Below, in pieces: positions 12,701 to 26,490 of a DNA stretch of 64,000 nucleotides (the first letter of the stretch is position 1; each line of letters begins with the position of its first letter). Both the position numbers and the translations under genes were made by a program. The notes beneath the pieces were generated by a model. The model searched no databases, was not told the DNA's origin, and saw nothing but the letters and a program-made list of their open reading frames with translations. The DNA comes from Azolla caroliniana (lineage: Eukaryota; Plantae; Polypodiophyta). The stretch is from contig JBHGNT010000016.1 in NCBI GenBank assembly GCA_043228905.1, positions 13,454,001 through 13,518,000 on the forward strand, in the 5' to 3' direction.

Positions 12701-13797
12701 ATGGTTCTGGTTCCTTTGGCTGGACATCGAGCATTCTTCCCGACCACAACATTGATGGGCTCTTGTAGAGGTGTCCAAGAGTTGTACCAGTCATGATTAC
12801 TGGTCATATGTCAGGACGCTCCACTATCAAGAATCCAAGAGTCATCGACAACTTGAGTATCAATTGAAGAATGCACTTCTTTAGTTGCGACCCATAACTC
12901 AAGCTCATCTACGACATTGTTGGCGGACTCGGGCTCTCTCCAAGAAGTCTTACTAGAACCATTCCTCTCATCCGCCATCTTCTTCCAACAATCCTTGATT
13001 GTGTGACCCTTCTTGTCACAATAGAAACATGATCCATTGAACTTCTTCTTCTTTGGTATCCTATTCGCATTGTTTGAATTGGATGCCCCTTTACCCTTAG
13101 TCCTAGAGACAAATGCCGAATCTTCCCTTCCTTCTCTTGTCTTCAGCCGAAGCTCCTCTTCGAGCAGTATTGCACTTAGTTCATCAAATTTTAAAGGAGT
13201 GGGTCGAACCTGAGTGTTCAATGCTGTCACAATTCCATCATACTTGAAAGGAAGTACTCGAATGCACCGAAGAGCCATATCCTCTCAAGAGACAACTACT
13301 CCAACAGCCGCCAGCTGATCTTGAAGATCCTTAATCCTTTTTACAAAGGATTCTACTTTCTCTCCATCAACGAGATTCTCTACAACAAGCTGATTTTCGA
13401 GGTTCTGTATCCTTGTATAATTTATGGTTTCATACTAGCTGGCCAATATGCTCCAAGCTTCATGTGCCCTGGTTTTATGTTGCAATAATGTCAGTACAGA
13501 GTCACATACACCAGTGACTATGGTACACAATGCATCAACATTCTTTCTCTTCCAGGCTTGAAGTAGATCAACATTTGGAGGGATTGATGTGGTAGGGTGT
13601 GCAAGGTCAAATGTCGCCATGGTCTCAAGGTCTCCTCCTGTGGGTCCCATGATTGTCTCCAACAACTCGTAGGAGTCCAAAATGGTAGACATTTTGAAAT
13701 TCCATAGAGTGTAGTTAGTTCCGTCTAGCTTTCCATCAGACATTAGAGGTGGGCGAATGCGCAGTGGAGCAGCTGCAACATTCGTGGACAAGGCCAT
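9789..13797 (-). pseudogene. Copia C gag-pol with multiple stops and frameshifts
   Basis: KLDGTNYTLW, CFYCDKKGHTIKDC, WILDSGAS, LVDDFSR, KARLVAQGY, YVDDL, TKHMEIQYH. Confidence 0.9.
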
Positions 13798-13895
13798 CGA
13801 TACTCTCTCTCTCTCTCTCTCTCTTTATTTCTCTGCGCTGCTAGACAACAACTACCCATATCCACCTAATCTAGATCAACCTCGCTCTGATACCA

Positions 13896-14536
13896 TGTTA
13901 GAAATATTGAGAATCGATTAGATAGATATATAGAGTTACAATTACAAAGATGGGTATATGAAAACAAAACCTCTATTACATACAAGAGTAGCTCACAATG
14001 GTAGTTTACCCATGTGCTCACACCTTAGAGCTTAGATAGGACATGGACCAGTTCACTACAAAATTAATGGGGATTGATGATCAATCTAACCACTCTATAA
14101 GAAAGTGGATTATATTCTATGTTTGGTCTGAGTATAACATTAAATGTGAAAGTTAGTTGATAGTAGTGGAGATATTCCTTTTCTGTCAATTGACTTGTCA
14201 TTTAATATGACCCAATTCCCTAGATATATGCCAATGCTAGATAGTACTTATCTTGAAGTCAATGGTACATACTTCAAGACTAAGTACATCGTAACTTGAC
14301 CACAAAATATTCTAGTTGACTTGATTAGCCAATCCTATTACCTATTTCGCTCTTTCCTAAATACATTGTGTCCTACACATCTAGGGTTTCCTAGATTAGA
14401 ACCTTATCAACCCATATGGTCGAGTTGCACACTAGCCGTGACTCATCATTGGGGGCGCTATCACAAAATGTGCACTCTAAGAGCACATATGGGGATAGAT
14501 TTACAACTTCAGGCTGATCATTGATTATATCTAACA
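13896..14536 (-). repeat. 5' LTR of C
   Basis: Directly adjacent to the PBS TGGTATCAGAGC. Confidence 0.93.
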
Positions 14537-15049
14537 GTATTGTCTTGTAACGCTATGATTTTGTACTATATAAACCCCACTTATGAGGCATGAAAAGAAG
14601 AGGAAGGAATAGAAAAGTTCCAACTCAACATTGTGTTTCATTTTCCCTCTCATTGTGTGTGTGTGTGTGTGTGTGTGTGTGATCCTCACATTTGAATGTG
14701 GAGGCGTTCTTGGCTCCACCCCAACCCAATAACACTGGCACTCCTTACTAGAGACCCCCGTTGAGATGAAGTCCCTCTCCCTCCCTCTTGCCTGTGTGTT
14801 TGTCTCTGCCTTTGTGTCTTACCCCTGCTCTCTGTGTGTTAGCTATGGTGTTTCTCTATATCTAACTTTGTATTCAATTATGGTATAACCTTGACAAGAT
14901 CATGAAACAACTACGGTTGCCAAAGAACTCCAGTCCCTGTGGTAGGAGAACCCTTAACCGATGGGAATCACCCACAAATCAATCACACGCAACCAGATGA
15001 TCAGTACTCTGTCACTAGGGACCTCTCAAAAAAACACTAAAGAAGAAGA

Positions 15050-15355
15050 GATCACTGATCTGAACAATTGCTTCAATGATGCTCGAAATGTTAGAGGAAG
15101 AAGAATCTATGGATAGTGTTCCATCCTTTGTTAACAACTAGTGATCTAGGCAGCATTCTAGTGAAACATGTCTATAAGCTTCAACAAGAGATTGAAGCGT
15201 CAAAGGCAAGAAGACAGTTTCTTGATGAGCCAGAACCATGTGTTTCTTTTAAGAGGCAGCAAAAGGAATTGCCTATCGAGAGCTTGGATTGGATCCTTGT
15301 TAAGCATGTTACAAAGCTTGAGAAAGAGAAGATAGTGGCTGCTCAAGAAACGTAA
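15050..15355 (+). pseudogene. Fragment of a plant coiled-coil protein gene with repeated (D/S)Lxx(I)LVKHVxKLExE motif
   Basis: DLGSILVKHVYKLQQE and SLDWILVKHVTKLEKEK; no retroelement motifs. Confidence 0.45.
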
Positions 15356-15532
15356 CGAACATCATCTATGAAGAGTAATACAAAATCAATCAGGGTTGCT
15401 AAGAAGGAACAGAGCTAAGCCAATGGACACAAAAAATGTCAGCTAGACAGGCATCCAGAAGCTGGTGGACAGAGACACCCGACTGAGCCGACATCCAACC
15501 ATTGGCCGAGTTTGCAACTCTCTCGCTCTCTT

Positions 15533-16010
15533 GGCCTTTTTGCAACGCCAATTTTACATGAGATGGGACAAATGTGGAGGCTCATGCTTCACACATTATA
15601 CTACACATGTTGCACCTAACTACAAAAACATATTCTCTGTGGAACGGGGAAACCATACACATCGATACATGTTAGAGCCCATACCAGTATCTGCCATTCA
15701 AACCATTGCTTCGATGCGACTTAGCTCACATGCATTGCAATGTGAGACAGGGCGTTGGGGCACAAATGATGAGAGTGGTTGGCTATGCACACTTTGCCCT
15801 AAATAAGTTCGTGAGTCTGAGTATCACACTTTGATATAATGCTCCACCTTTGATCATATTTGACCATGCTTTCCACATCTCTTCGACCGAGCCCAATCCT
15901 TGCATGAATTTCTCTCACAACCACCATGTGCAATCTTGATTGCAACATTCATCGGTAAAGTTCTTGAACATCGAGAGCCACCACTCACTTTCACACGTAT
16001 CACGTGAAAA
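15533..16010 (+). mobile_element. 3' fragment of a LINE (same family as 51786-54998)
   Basis: High similarity to 54447-54922; RLSSHALQCETGRW..CTLC. Confidence 0.88.
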
Positions 16011-16184
16011 GTACTAAGGAATACTTCTGAAGTTTCTAGAATGTTCCAGAGAAATATGGAATATACATCAATTTTCTATAATAAAACATAAATGAAAATA
16101 ATATTCTACGTATTACAATGTATAATCTAATGGTCAAGAGATCGACCCATGTAGCATAAGGTCATGGGTTCGAGTCTTGCCATA

Positions 16185-19100
16185 TCATGACACTATCCCC
16201 CCTTTAAAATGACGAGTGTAACGAGTCGTTTTGGATTGAGGACCCGGTTTGTCTGGATATTGACGATCGAAGTCTTCAAGAAGAGCACAAGCATTGGTGA
16301 CATTCTCTATCGGTTCCCAAGTACGCTCACTGGGACTATATCCTAGCCAATCGACTAGATAGTACAGCTTGTTGCGAACAAACTTGGAATCAAGGATGGC
16401 GGCAACCTCGTACTCAGGTCCATCTTCAAGCTCGATCGGGGGTGGAGGCTGTGTAATACGGCCTGGGATAGTGCTCTCTTGATAGGGTTTGAGGAGAGAA
16501 CTATGAAACACCGGATGTATCTGAAGTTGTGGAGGTAGATCAGGACGAAAAGGGACATCATTAATCTTTCCTATAATACGGAAAGGACCTAATCGCCGAT
16601 AATCCAACTGCTCGCATGGGTGAGTAGTCTTGATGTGTCGTCGGAGTAGTCATACCCGATCTCCAATGTTAAAACTAGATGGGAGTCGATGACGATCCGC
16701 ATAAACCTTGTGTGTTTGTTGAGCTTGTTGGAGATGAGTAGACAAATCTGCTTGTATCTTGCGTAACCTCTCCAAAACGATCCTCTGCGCAAGGATTTTT
16801 GGACACCTCTGGGGTTTCAAATACACACCACCGGGGGTGATATCCCGTATAAGCATAAAATGGCGTAACTTTCGTGGATGCGTGGATAGAGTTGTTATAG
16901 GCAAATTCGGTGAAGTGGAGAATATCTGCCCAGTCATCCTGATGATAGCTGAGAAAGCACCGCAAATACTGCTCCAACGTTTGATTGGTTCGTTCGGCTT
17001 GGCCGTCGGTTTGTGGGTGGTAGCCGGAGGAGAGGTTACAAGTGACCTTGAGCATGTTAAAAAGGTGCTTCCAGAATTTTGACACAAACTGGGGTCCACG
17101 GTCGCTGATGATACTATCGGGAAGTCCATGATGCCGACATACTTCACGCATGACAATTTCAGTAGTGTCTTCACTGGAGATCTCCTTATTACATGGAAAG
17201 AAATGAGCCATCTTCCTATATCGATCGACCACTGTTAGAATCGCATTGAACCCCTTAGAGACTGGAAGATCTGTGATGAAGTCTAGAGCAATGGACTGCC
17301 ATGGCTTGCTTGGAATTGGTAATGGTTCTAATAAACCATATGGATGATGCCTTGGCATTTTCGCTCTGCAGCATGTATCACAAGTCCAAACCAAATCCTC
17401 GACAAATTATCGCATATAGGGCCACCAGAATGATCGTTGTACTAAATGTAGTGTTTTAGTACTACCAAAATGCCCACCTGTATATTTGTCATGACAGTTT
17501 TGTACTACTTGAAGGCGGCAAGAACCATTAGGAACATACAAAAGTTCTTTAAAGAAGAGTAATCCATCATGGTATTTGAATTGCCGATAGTCCGTACCTG
17601 GTGGTTGCGACTGTGAACACGACGCTCGAGAGGGATCAATTTGTGCTATTATAGCTTGGGCGAACGCATCTGTCTTCAAGTCTTTGCGTATGGTATCGAT
17701 AACGCGGGAATCCATGGGCATGTCAAAGATCTGTGTTGCATGTAGTCGTGTCGGTCCCAAGATGACTTGTTTTTGGTTATCGAAAGCTGGCTTGCCAGGA
17801 CGGGGTGCTAGATACGAACGTCGTGATAATGCATCTGCCTTCCCTTGGTACTTCCCCAGACGATATGTAATTTTGAAGTCGAAACGCGTGAGGAAGTGGG
17901 CCCACCGAGCTTGACGTCGATTCAACACACGAGCATCTTGAAAGTAGGCAAGGTTCTTGTGGTCACTAAATACGGTGACCGGATGACAGGATCCCTCCAG
18001 AAAATGCCTCCATTGCATAAAAGAATTCACTATTGCCAATAGCTCCTTATCATGAATTTCGTAGTTCATTTCGGCGGCGTCAAACTTGCGTGAGTGAAAA
18101 GCCACAGGATGTAGCTTTTCATCATTCCCCTGTTGTGATAGAATGCTCCCCAATGCAAAATCCGATGCATCAGCTTCGATAATGAATAGTTTTTCCGGAT
18201 CGACATGAGCTAGAATTGGAGCCGATGTAAATGCCTTTTTAAGACTCTCGAATGCCACATCTGTTTCTTCAGTCCAGATGAACGGGTGTCCCTTCCTGGG
18301 AAGTTGTGTTAGAGGTAGAACGATCTTTGAGTAATCTTGTATGAACTTCCAGTAAAAATTGGCAAAGCCTAGGAAGCATTGCACATCCCACACCGAACGC
18401 GGAGTCTGCCATTCTACCACCGTTCTGACCTTAGCTGGGTCCATGGAGATGCCTTCTGACGAAATGATGTAGCCGAGAAATTCCACTTGGTTGCATCCGA
18501 AACTACATTGTTCCAGCTTTGCATACAGACCATGTTCTCGAAGTCGTTTTAGTACTAATAGTACATGAGAATCATGTTCTTCTTGGGTCTTTGAATAAAC
18601 CAGTAGATCATCCAAATAGATGATCAAACAATCATCCAAAAGATCTCGGAATATATCATTAGCCATGTGCTGGAAGACTGTCGGTGCATTAGTGAGGCCG
18701 AACGGCATGACCTTATACTCGAAGTGCCCATATCTGGTGCGAAACGCGGTCTTCCATTCGTCTCCTGGTCGGATCTGTACGAGGTTATATGCTCCCCGTA
18801 AGTCGATCTTCGTGAAGAACCTGACACCATTGATCCATTTTGAAAGACGTGAGATAAGGGGAAGAGCATACCTATTCCTGATTGTAACCTTATTCAGGCC
18901 ACGGTAATCTACAACGAGACGAAGCGATCCATCCTTTTTCTTGACGAAGAAAATGGGCGCGCCCGCTGGAGATTTCGAATGCCGGATGAAACCATTTTCC
19001 AAATTCTCCTCTATATAGGCCCGAAGGACTTCCAACTCGGTTGGTGACAAATTGTAGATCGGTCCCCATGGCGGCTCTTTTCCCGGTTGTAAATCGATGG

Positions 19101-19299
19101 GGCAATCGTACAGTTGATGATGAGGAAGTGTGTTGGCTTGTACTTTATCGAACACATCGGCGTAATGATGATACTTCTCGGGAAGTTGAATGGTGGATTC
19201 CTCTTTAGTGGTTTTGGAGGGGTTTACTGATATTGCAAAGAGGAACATTTCCTCCTTGTGCCCTTCTTTACGCAACTGACGTAGCGAAATGGTTGCCAT
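16185..19299 (-). pseudogene. D pol: RT-RNase H (17407-19299), integrase, GPF motif and chromodomain
   Basis: VVDYRGLN, MPFGLTNAP, YLDD, ADASDFA, SDRGPQF, YEVAAILDS..YLVDWLGY..TWEP. Confidence 0.92.
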
Positions 19300-19532
19300 C
19301 TTCTGAGTTGACCCTTGGGTTTGTCGACAACGGATTTCTCTTGTTCTCCAATCTATGTTTGGGTTATGTAACTCGAACCACGGTAATCCTAAAACTATGG
19401 GATGTTCTGGGATACTAATAATATTAAATGATACTACACATGCTAAGTTACTTGGGCTAATGGGAATGGAACCACTAATGGGCTACACAGATCTAGGTCT
19501 GTCCAACCAAACGGCTCCTATTTTGGCTGGAC

Positions 19533-20684
19533 TTAGTCGTTTAACTCTTCTTCTAACTGACTAAGGACATCAAATCTGTTTGCTAGATCTGGGCTATTAG
19601 TACTATTAGGACTATCAGATATCCCTACTGAAATATGCTCGGGTTTAGTACAATTAGAACTAGAGACTATTTGGTTTACCTGTCTTCTTGGCCTATGGGG
19701 GCAATTTATTGCAATATGTCCTGGTCCACCGCAGTAAAGACATAGTCGATTTGTATGGCGTCGCTGCTTTTCTTCTTTGGATAATGGCCCTCGACGACGT
19801 GTAGTGTCAATTTCCATTGGAGTCGGAGTATTCGCTGGAGGCGCATTATATGACTCCCTCGGAAAAGGTCTTGCTACCACTGAGGCGTAGGTGGGCTCTG
19901 ATCTTGCCCTCGGCATCTATAGTTGTCGTTCCGAACGTCGCTCAAAGAGGCGGTTGTCACATCTCACCGTGCGACTGATTGCTTCTGTTAAGAACTTTGG
20001 CTCTTCGGGGAAGGTCAAGAGTAAATCCTTGACGTCGTTGCGTAAACCATAACGGAATTGCTCCATCAACGCTTGATCATCCCAAGGGATATCAGCGGCG
20101 AGTAGGCGAAAATCTGCAGCATATGCGGAGGCTGGACGGTCACCTTGGCGTAATCGCCGAATTTTGTTGATTGCGGTCCTGATGCTATCAGTATCTCCGA
20201 AACATGCTTTAAACTCACCTAGAAACTCTTCAAAATTGTTGAGTAACGGAGATTCCTTTTCTAATAGTGGAGCGAACCATGCCAACGCTGAGCCACTTAA
20301 CAAAGTGCCTACTAAACCCACTCGTGATGCATCGGTGGGATACTGGGAAGGATGCATTTGAATAACTAATCGTACCTAGTTAAGGAACCCTCTAAACTGC
20401 GATCGCGTTCCATCGAACTTCGTAGGAAGGCCAATCTTGGGTTCTTTATGAATCCCTTGTGTTTCGGGCCCTTGTTGTTGCATCGCTTCGATGGTTGCTT
20501 CGAGTTGTTGCACGCGTAACGCAAGTTCCCCATGTTGTTGTTGCGTTTGTTGCTTTTCTAAGGAGATTTGCTGAAGATCCCCCAACAACCGTTGGTTTTC
20601 TTGTTCCAAAGCATGGAACTTCTCTTTCAAGCATTGAAATTCCGAGAAAACAGATTGATATTCTTCAGCGATAACAGTGGCCAC
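19533..20684 (-). pseudogene. D gag (two internal TAGs) with zinc knuckle
   Basis: [33 protein letters not shown]. Confidence 0.9.
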
Positions 20685-20758
20685 GGGATGAAAGAAAAGA
20701 GGAATAAGAGATTAGTAGGAAATGAGAGAGACAGAAGGTAGGGAAAATCCGTTCAAAC

Positions 20759-21188
20759 TGTCAGGAACAGTACTAAGACAGAGAAGGACTTAGTACTAAA
20801 AGAAGTATTAGTACTAAGAGAGGTGAAGAACTCTCGAGAGAAGGAAAGAGTGAGTGAGAGGGAGGGAGAGAGAGATCGAGAAAGAGTGAGAGTGATGATA
20901 AGAAAAGATATATATTATGTGAAGAAAATGTACAGTAGCTAGGAGGCTTAAGACTGGCATTGAACCGATTTGGTTCGAAATAAAGCCTTGTGCCTCCTTT
21001 GATAGTGTTCTAAGGAATACTCCTGAAGTTTCTAGAATGTTCTAGAGAAATCTGGAATATACATCAATTTTTTATAATAAAACATGAATGAAAATAATAT
21101 TTTACGTATTACAATGTATAATCTAATGGTCAAGAGCTCGACCCATGTAGCATAAGGTCATGGGTTCGAGACTTGCCATATCATTACA
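20759..21188 (-). repeat. 5' LTR of D
   Basis: Reverse complement of the F LTRs. Confidence 0.92.
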
Positions 21189-21700
21189 CTATCTCTCTCT
21201 CTCTCTGTCTCTCTCTCTCTCTCTCTTTCCTTAACAAATAGACAAATTTAGCTAATTCAAACAAAAAGTTGAATAGGTAGATCTAAGAGCAGATAGAGAC
21301 AGATTCACAAACACACAAACATGCGCATGCTCAAAACCTAGACATGGCTTTCATCGCCAAGATTCGAGCACTTTAATGAAGAAGAAGAGGAAGAAGAAGT
21401 TAGAAGTTAAAGAGGAGGAAGAGGAAAAAGTATTGGTTTGGCTTTGAAGTCACGTTGGAATGTGTATGTGTGAAATAGAAAGAGAGTAGAAAAAAAAGAA
21501 GAAGAAAAAGAAAGAAGAAAAGGAAGGAGAGGATGGGAATCAGACACAAAAGGAAGAATTGATAACAAACAGAAGAAGAAGAGAAGAGAGAAAACAAGCT
21601 GCACAGAAACTCGAAGAAGACACAGAAATTGGAGAAAAAGACGAGGATAGAAATACAAAATGAAGAAAAAGAGAGGCAATTCAAGGAATTTAAAAAACGG
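21189..21700. repeat. (CT)n microsatellite and GAA/purine-rich low-complexity tract
   Basis: Direct inspection. Confidence 0.6.
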
Positions 21701-23468
21701 AAGGGTACTATAAAGAATTTTGTACTTGGTTGTTGGTGGTTTATTTTTTTATTCCTTGTTAATATTCATTTGAGTCATTATGTTCTATCTATCTTGTCTC
21801 TCTTCTTCACACACACAAACACACATCTAATCTATTCTGCATAACACAATTACTCTAGGTAATTATTTACACAAAAGATATAAAAAAGTTGATTGTCTTT
21901 TAAATCTATTGCATCTAATCTTTTTAAGATCGAAAAGATTACTAATTATTATTTTTCCTTAAAAATACACAAAGTTACTTTTCGTATTTAGTCAAATTTT
22001 GACATTTTTCAAATTTACCAAATGGTGAAATTTTTAGCTTTTTCATCAAGTTTTTGAGAACATGTGATACTCGTACCAAGGTGTTTTGTGAAATAGACCG
22101 AATATTCCTTATCCCTCCACTGGTGAATGTGAACATGTTAGATGCATTTAAATTATTTGGCATCCCTTTTGCTACCTTTCTCTCTCTTTTACAACTCTCA
22201 AACCCTCCGCATCATGTCAATGTGTAGCAAACCTAAAAGGTACTTACAATTGCATCTAGATGTGTTCTTGTTGATGGTGATGTGCATATGTGTATAGGTT
22301 TGTGTATACGCTTATATAACTATATGGAGATTGGTGTCAATATGTGGGTATGTATGTATATAACTATGTAAATAAGTGTTTGTATTGTACATGTGCAATA
22401 ACTTGTATGGGCATATTTGTGTCTATATGTATTCGTGTATGGATGTGAATAGTTGTGCTTAAATATAAGTGTGCTTCTGTACATGTGTGTGAATGTGATT
22501 TTTTGTAAGAGTGAGTTTTTATAACGGGAAATTGCATTGCATGGGTGAGAGACATAAAGAACAAGGAAACGGTTAAAAACAATTCCAAAAGTGGACGTTA
22601 TGAGTCTCCGATTGATGCCACGTAACTTTTCTGCTTTTTATTGCCTTGTATAACAAGGTTCAAACCCTTGTCCTAATTGTTTAAGCGATTAGCATTGTCA
22701 TATGAGCAAGCTCAAAATTTCGTAAGTAATAAGGTGAAGGGCTCAAACTTCATTAAAGATAATTGACTTTTCAAGGATTGCTATTTAATCAATTATATTC
22801 CGCTTAAAGAAAGGAGATACAACAATTAAGGATGGTGGAGCATCTATACAAGAATTACAACCTGATGTTGTTGAAGGAGATACAACAATTAAGGATGCTC
22901 AAAGAATCAAAATGAGTACAAGACCATATGGGAAGGGATTCATACTTGGGAACCAAGCAGCACATGCTCGGGCAAACTCACCACCTTGTTCACGATCGAG
23001 GTCTACTACAACAGAAACATCAACACAAGATCGGACACAGAAAGGGAAAACTCGGTCTCTACGCGAAATCTATGATGCTACAAATATGATAGAGAACTTC
23101 TTCGTATCTATTGTAGATTTAGATGTTTCTGCATTACATTCATATGTTACAAACGATACGGTTGCATTTGTTCCTATACTTACATTGAGACAGGTTCTAC
23201 AAAGCCCAGACAAAGACAAATGGCTGGAGGCAGTACAAGTTGAGGTTGATGCACTATACAAGAATCACACATGGACAGTTGTCCAAAAGCCACCTAACTC
23301 AAATGTGGTAAGTTGTAAGTGGTTCTTTACAAAGAAATATGATGCCCATGGGAATATTCGCTTTAAGGCACGACTTGTTGCAAAGGGTTTCACTCAGATT
23401 CCCAATGTGGATTATCATGAGACTTTTTCTCGTACACTCAAACTCACCTCTCTCCTTATTTTTGCAAT

Positions 23469-23925
23469 TGTTATCCGGTCGGCAAAGGAGCTAAGGTCGC
23501 CGAGACCAGGGTGTGAAAGGGGAATTGTTAATTGGGAATCTGTTGTAATTATTAGTCTTAATATATTAATATATGAGAAGATGTGGACGGACGGACTGAA
23601 TCGGTATGCCGATCCGGATCCGGACCCATCTTGAATAGGTGCCGGTTGGCACCGTTTTGTACTTCGCACCGGTGACCTATATAAAGGCCCGGTTACAATG
23701 TAGTCATTAACGGAGAGCCATATAAACCTTTTGTTTAATCATTGAGTATTGTTCACCGTTCTGTGCTTATTGTATATCTTACGTGTGTTAATGACGTATT
23801 ACTAAGTAACCGATTAAGGTCCAATTAAGCGTTGTGTCGTAAGTTATCTTGCTGTAACACCCTTTGGTGAAGTGTCTTACGTGGACACCCTATGTTAGGC
23901 TGTTGTCCAGCCCTAAGGATTAACA
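23469..23925 (+). repeat. 5' LTR of K
   Basis: TGTTA..TAACA; direct repeat of 40187-40634. Confidence 0.92.
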
Positions 23926-23932
23926 CAATTTT

Positions 23933-23949
23933 TGGCGACCACGATGGGA
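23933..23949 (+). promoter_or_regulatory. PBS of K (tRNA-Arg-like)
   Basis: TGGCGACCACGATGGGA resembles the complement of the tRNA-Arg(TCG) 3' end. Confidence 0.7.
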
Positions 23950-24026
23950 TCAACACTGGCGAATCCACCTTGACCCCATCATATGTTGCGATGATCAAGC
24001 CTGCTCGGTTCTGAGGCATAACGGGG

Positions 24027-25461
24027 GGTCGAGTTGCAATTCCGGCGCTGCCTGCTGACCACTTTGCCGTTCAAGTTCCAGTTGTGTTTTGGCTGGCCGC
24101 TCTTGTTCTACTTGTTCTTGGCCGACTGAGGAAGGTGGCACATGCATTACCGATGCTTGCGTTTCGGGGCTTGCCCTTTCTTGACCCGCCGGTATTGCCT
24201 GTTGTGCAGGGGCTTCTAAGACCGGTTCCATCCAAACCGGTTTCGGTTCCTCCCTTGGCGTGGGATTCTCGGTGTGGGGTCAAGGCATTCCATCCTTCTA
24301 TGGGTCCGAATGCTTCCCAGCTGATTCTGCGGTGCTCGTCTTCGGCCACCGCTGGAGGTGCTCTGTAGGTTCTTCCTCCGTTTCCTCCTCCTGAGTTCCG
24401 CCATTCATTCTTGCCGCCAGGGTGTCCGTTTCTTGCTGCATCGGTCGGCGGAGTGTGCTTTTCAGGAGCCGTGCCAGGGTCTCCTCCTGCTTGTCCGTCG
24501 GCTGCTTCCGGATGGCGCGCTCCTTCGCCGCCTGCTCCGTGTCGGTTGTCTTCCCCTGAATGGTCTTGGTAGCCAACAACTGTTGTCGTTTTGAAGCAGC
24601 TTTCGAGATGCCGTCCATTACTCTTCCCCGCTTCTTGGTCTGGAAGGGCTCGACAGGTGGCGCCAATAGGGTGAGCCATTGCGCCATCGCATGCCATATT
24701 TTCCGGCCTTCTTTGGCTTCCTTACCTCTTACGGTGTCAATAGCCGCACACAATCTGTCGGCGATCAGCACCGGCCAATCCACCTTGACCCCTTCGTATG
24801 TTGCGATGATCAAGCCTGCTCGGTTCTGAGGCATAACGGGGGGTCGAGGGTATACGTGGCCGAACTCATGGAGTACACGGGAAATTTCTCGGATTAACAT
24901 ATCTTCTCCGCCCTATGTCCTGTAGCCCTTGCTGGCTAGAGAATACTTGTCGAAGTATTTGATGAGCCGTTCGGAGGTAGGGTTGTCAATGGTATAGATG
25001 CCCCCCTCCGGAAGGTTTGCCAGTGCACGGATCTCTTCCTCCGTGATGAGCTCGATGTCTATTTCTTTGATGATCTTGTCGGCTTCTTTGTGTGGTGGTG
25101 CGTCCATGATTGTGAGGAACCCCTCCAATCCGTGTTGTCATAGCCATTTCTTGGCGGCCTCAGAGAGAGTCTGGCAGTTCATGTCTGCGTCGAGGTCGGA
25201 CAGCGTTGGTGAGGGCTGTGTATGAGGAAGCTCTGTGTGAGGAGGCTCTGTGTAAGGAAGCTCTATGTGTGTTGGCTCTCTTCTGATGATCTTTAAGTGC
25301 CTATGTGCATTTGTGCTCCTTGGTTCGCGGAAGAAGAAGGTCTCGATGCGTGGGGGGTTTTCTCTCTGCTTCTTGGCGCCTTTTTCGAGCCTCCGCGTGT
25401 GCAGGTCGTGTACTATAATAGCATTACGTGCCATGTGGTGGTGGTTTAATGCCCTATTCAT
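24027..25461 (-). pseudogene. K extra ORF downstream of integrase, N-terminal part (inverted segment)
   Basis: In-frame ORFs 25138-25461, 24913-25128 and 24298-24900 separated by single stops. Confidence 0.6.
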
Positions 25462-25599
25462 AGCCCCCTCGTACCTTTTCGAAGTGCCTCTTTACTCCTC
25501 GTTTGCATGGCCGTTCCCACCACTCCTTTGCATGATTTCTTTGATTCGATTCGATTCGATTTTTTTTTATTTTTTATTTTTTAAATATCAATTGTTAAA

Positions 25600-26490
25600 T
25601 TAATTCCTCTCCGGTCCTATCGAACCCTTACCCAAATGAGCAATCTTGCCGGCCTCGTGCCGGTTTGCCGTCCTCTTATCCAACCCGTGTGCTGGCTCTT
25701 TGTCTCCCTTACCGGTTTCGTTGTTGCTGATTGCTAATCGGGTTGTCGTTGTTTCCGGTATGCCGGTATCTGGTTCGGCATCGGCCTTTTCTTGTTCAAA
25801 TGGGTTCCTTGGCATGGGTCCCTTGTATGGGTTTAGTCAAAATCCGTTGACCCACTTACCCAGGACCTCGCCGGCAAGTGTCCCTAACTGGTAGGATCCA
25901 TTGAACTCGTGTGTGATCCAGTACGGTCCGGTCCACCGAAACCGTAGTTTCCCCGACATCTTGCCCATCCGGGTTTGGAACACTAGTATTGGCTTGCCGA
26001 TTCCAAACATCTTTTCATTTCCTTTTCAGTGGCGATCCACAAACGCCTTTCTTCGCCGCTGCTTTAGTTCCAGGTGCATGATACTCGCTAGTCGGTGTTC
26101 TTCTAGTTCACACAGAGCTGCTAACCGAATTGCCTCCGATTCGTTCTCGTTTAACCGTTCCCTAATCTGAATCCGTAAGCTCGAGACCTGGAACTCTACC
26201 GGCATGACGGCCTCCAATCCAAATGCTAGCCGGAACGGTGTGGTTTGGATGCTTGTTTCGTAAGTTGTCCGGTAAGCCCATAGGGCGCTGTGCAACTTTG
26301 TATCCCAGTCTATCCGGTTTTCGTTGACGATTTTCTGAAGGATATTCTGTAGCATTTTATTTGTTGACTTGGCCAACCCGTTTGCTTGTGGATAGTATGG
26401 CGTGCTCCATTTATGCACCACGGCATAGAACGACGTCAAGCTTTCCACCACTTGGCCGAGGAAGTGCCATCCTTGGTCACTTACTAGTTG
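25600..26490 (-). pseudogene. K integrase C-terminal half (inverted segment)
   Basis: SDQGWHF, STPYYPQANG, ALWAYRTT, TPFRLAFG, RWTGPY. Confidence 0.88.

Larger units (their letters stand above)
9099..14536 (-). mobile_element. Ty1/Copia element C, full length, degenerate
   Basis: LTRs 9099-9734 and 13896-14536, TSD GTATT, PBS-Met 13884-13895, PPT next to 9735. Confidence 0.95.
8915..14900. repeat. Probable old LTR-like sequence (8915-9098 + 14542-~14900) split by Copia C
   Basis: TATATAAA, (TG)n and CT-rich tract; no partner LTR in the window; ends uncertain. Confidence 0.25.
16011..21188 (-). mobile_element. Ty3/Gypsy chromovirus D (Tcn1-like); 3' LTR truncated, protease deleted
   Basis: 5' LTR 20759-21188, partial 3' LTR ~16011-16192, PPT, gag, RT (YLDD), RH, INT, chromodomain; inverted copy of F. 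Confidence 0.93.

Noticed and set aside
21400-21844. Hydrophobic or Lys/Glu-rich ORFs
   Set aside because: Artefacts of GAA/TTC low-complexity sequence
22653-22671. T-arm-like hairpin ACAAGG-TTCAAAC-CCTTGT
   Set aside because: B-box only, with no A-box at the proper distance; at most a decayed SINE
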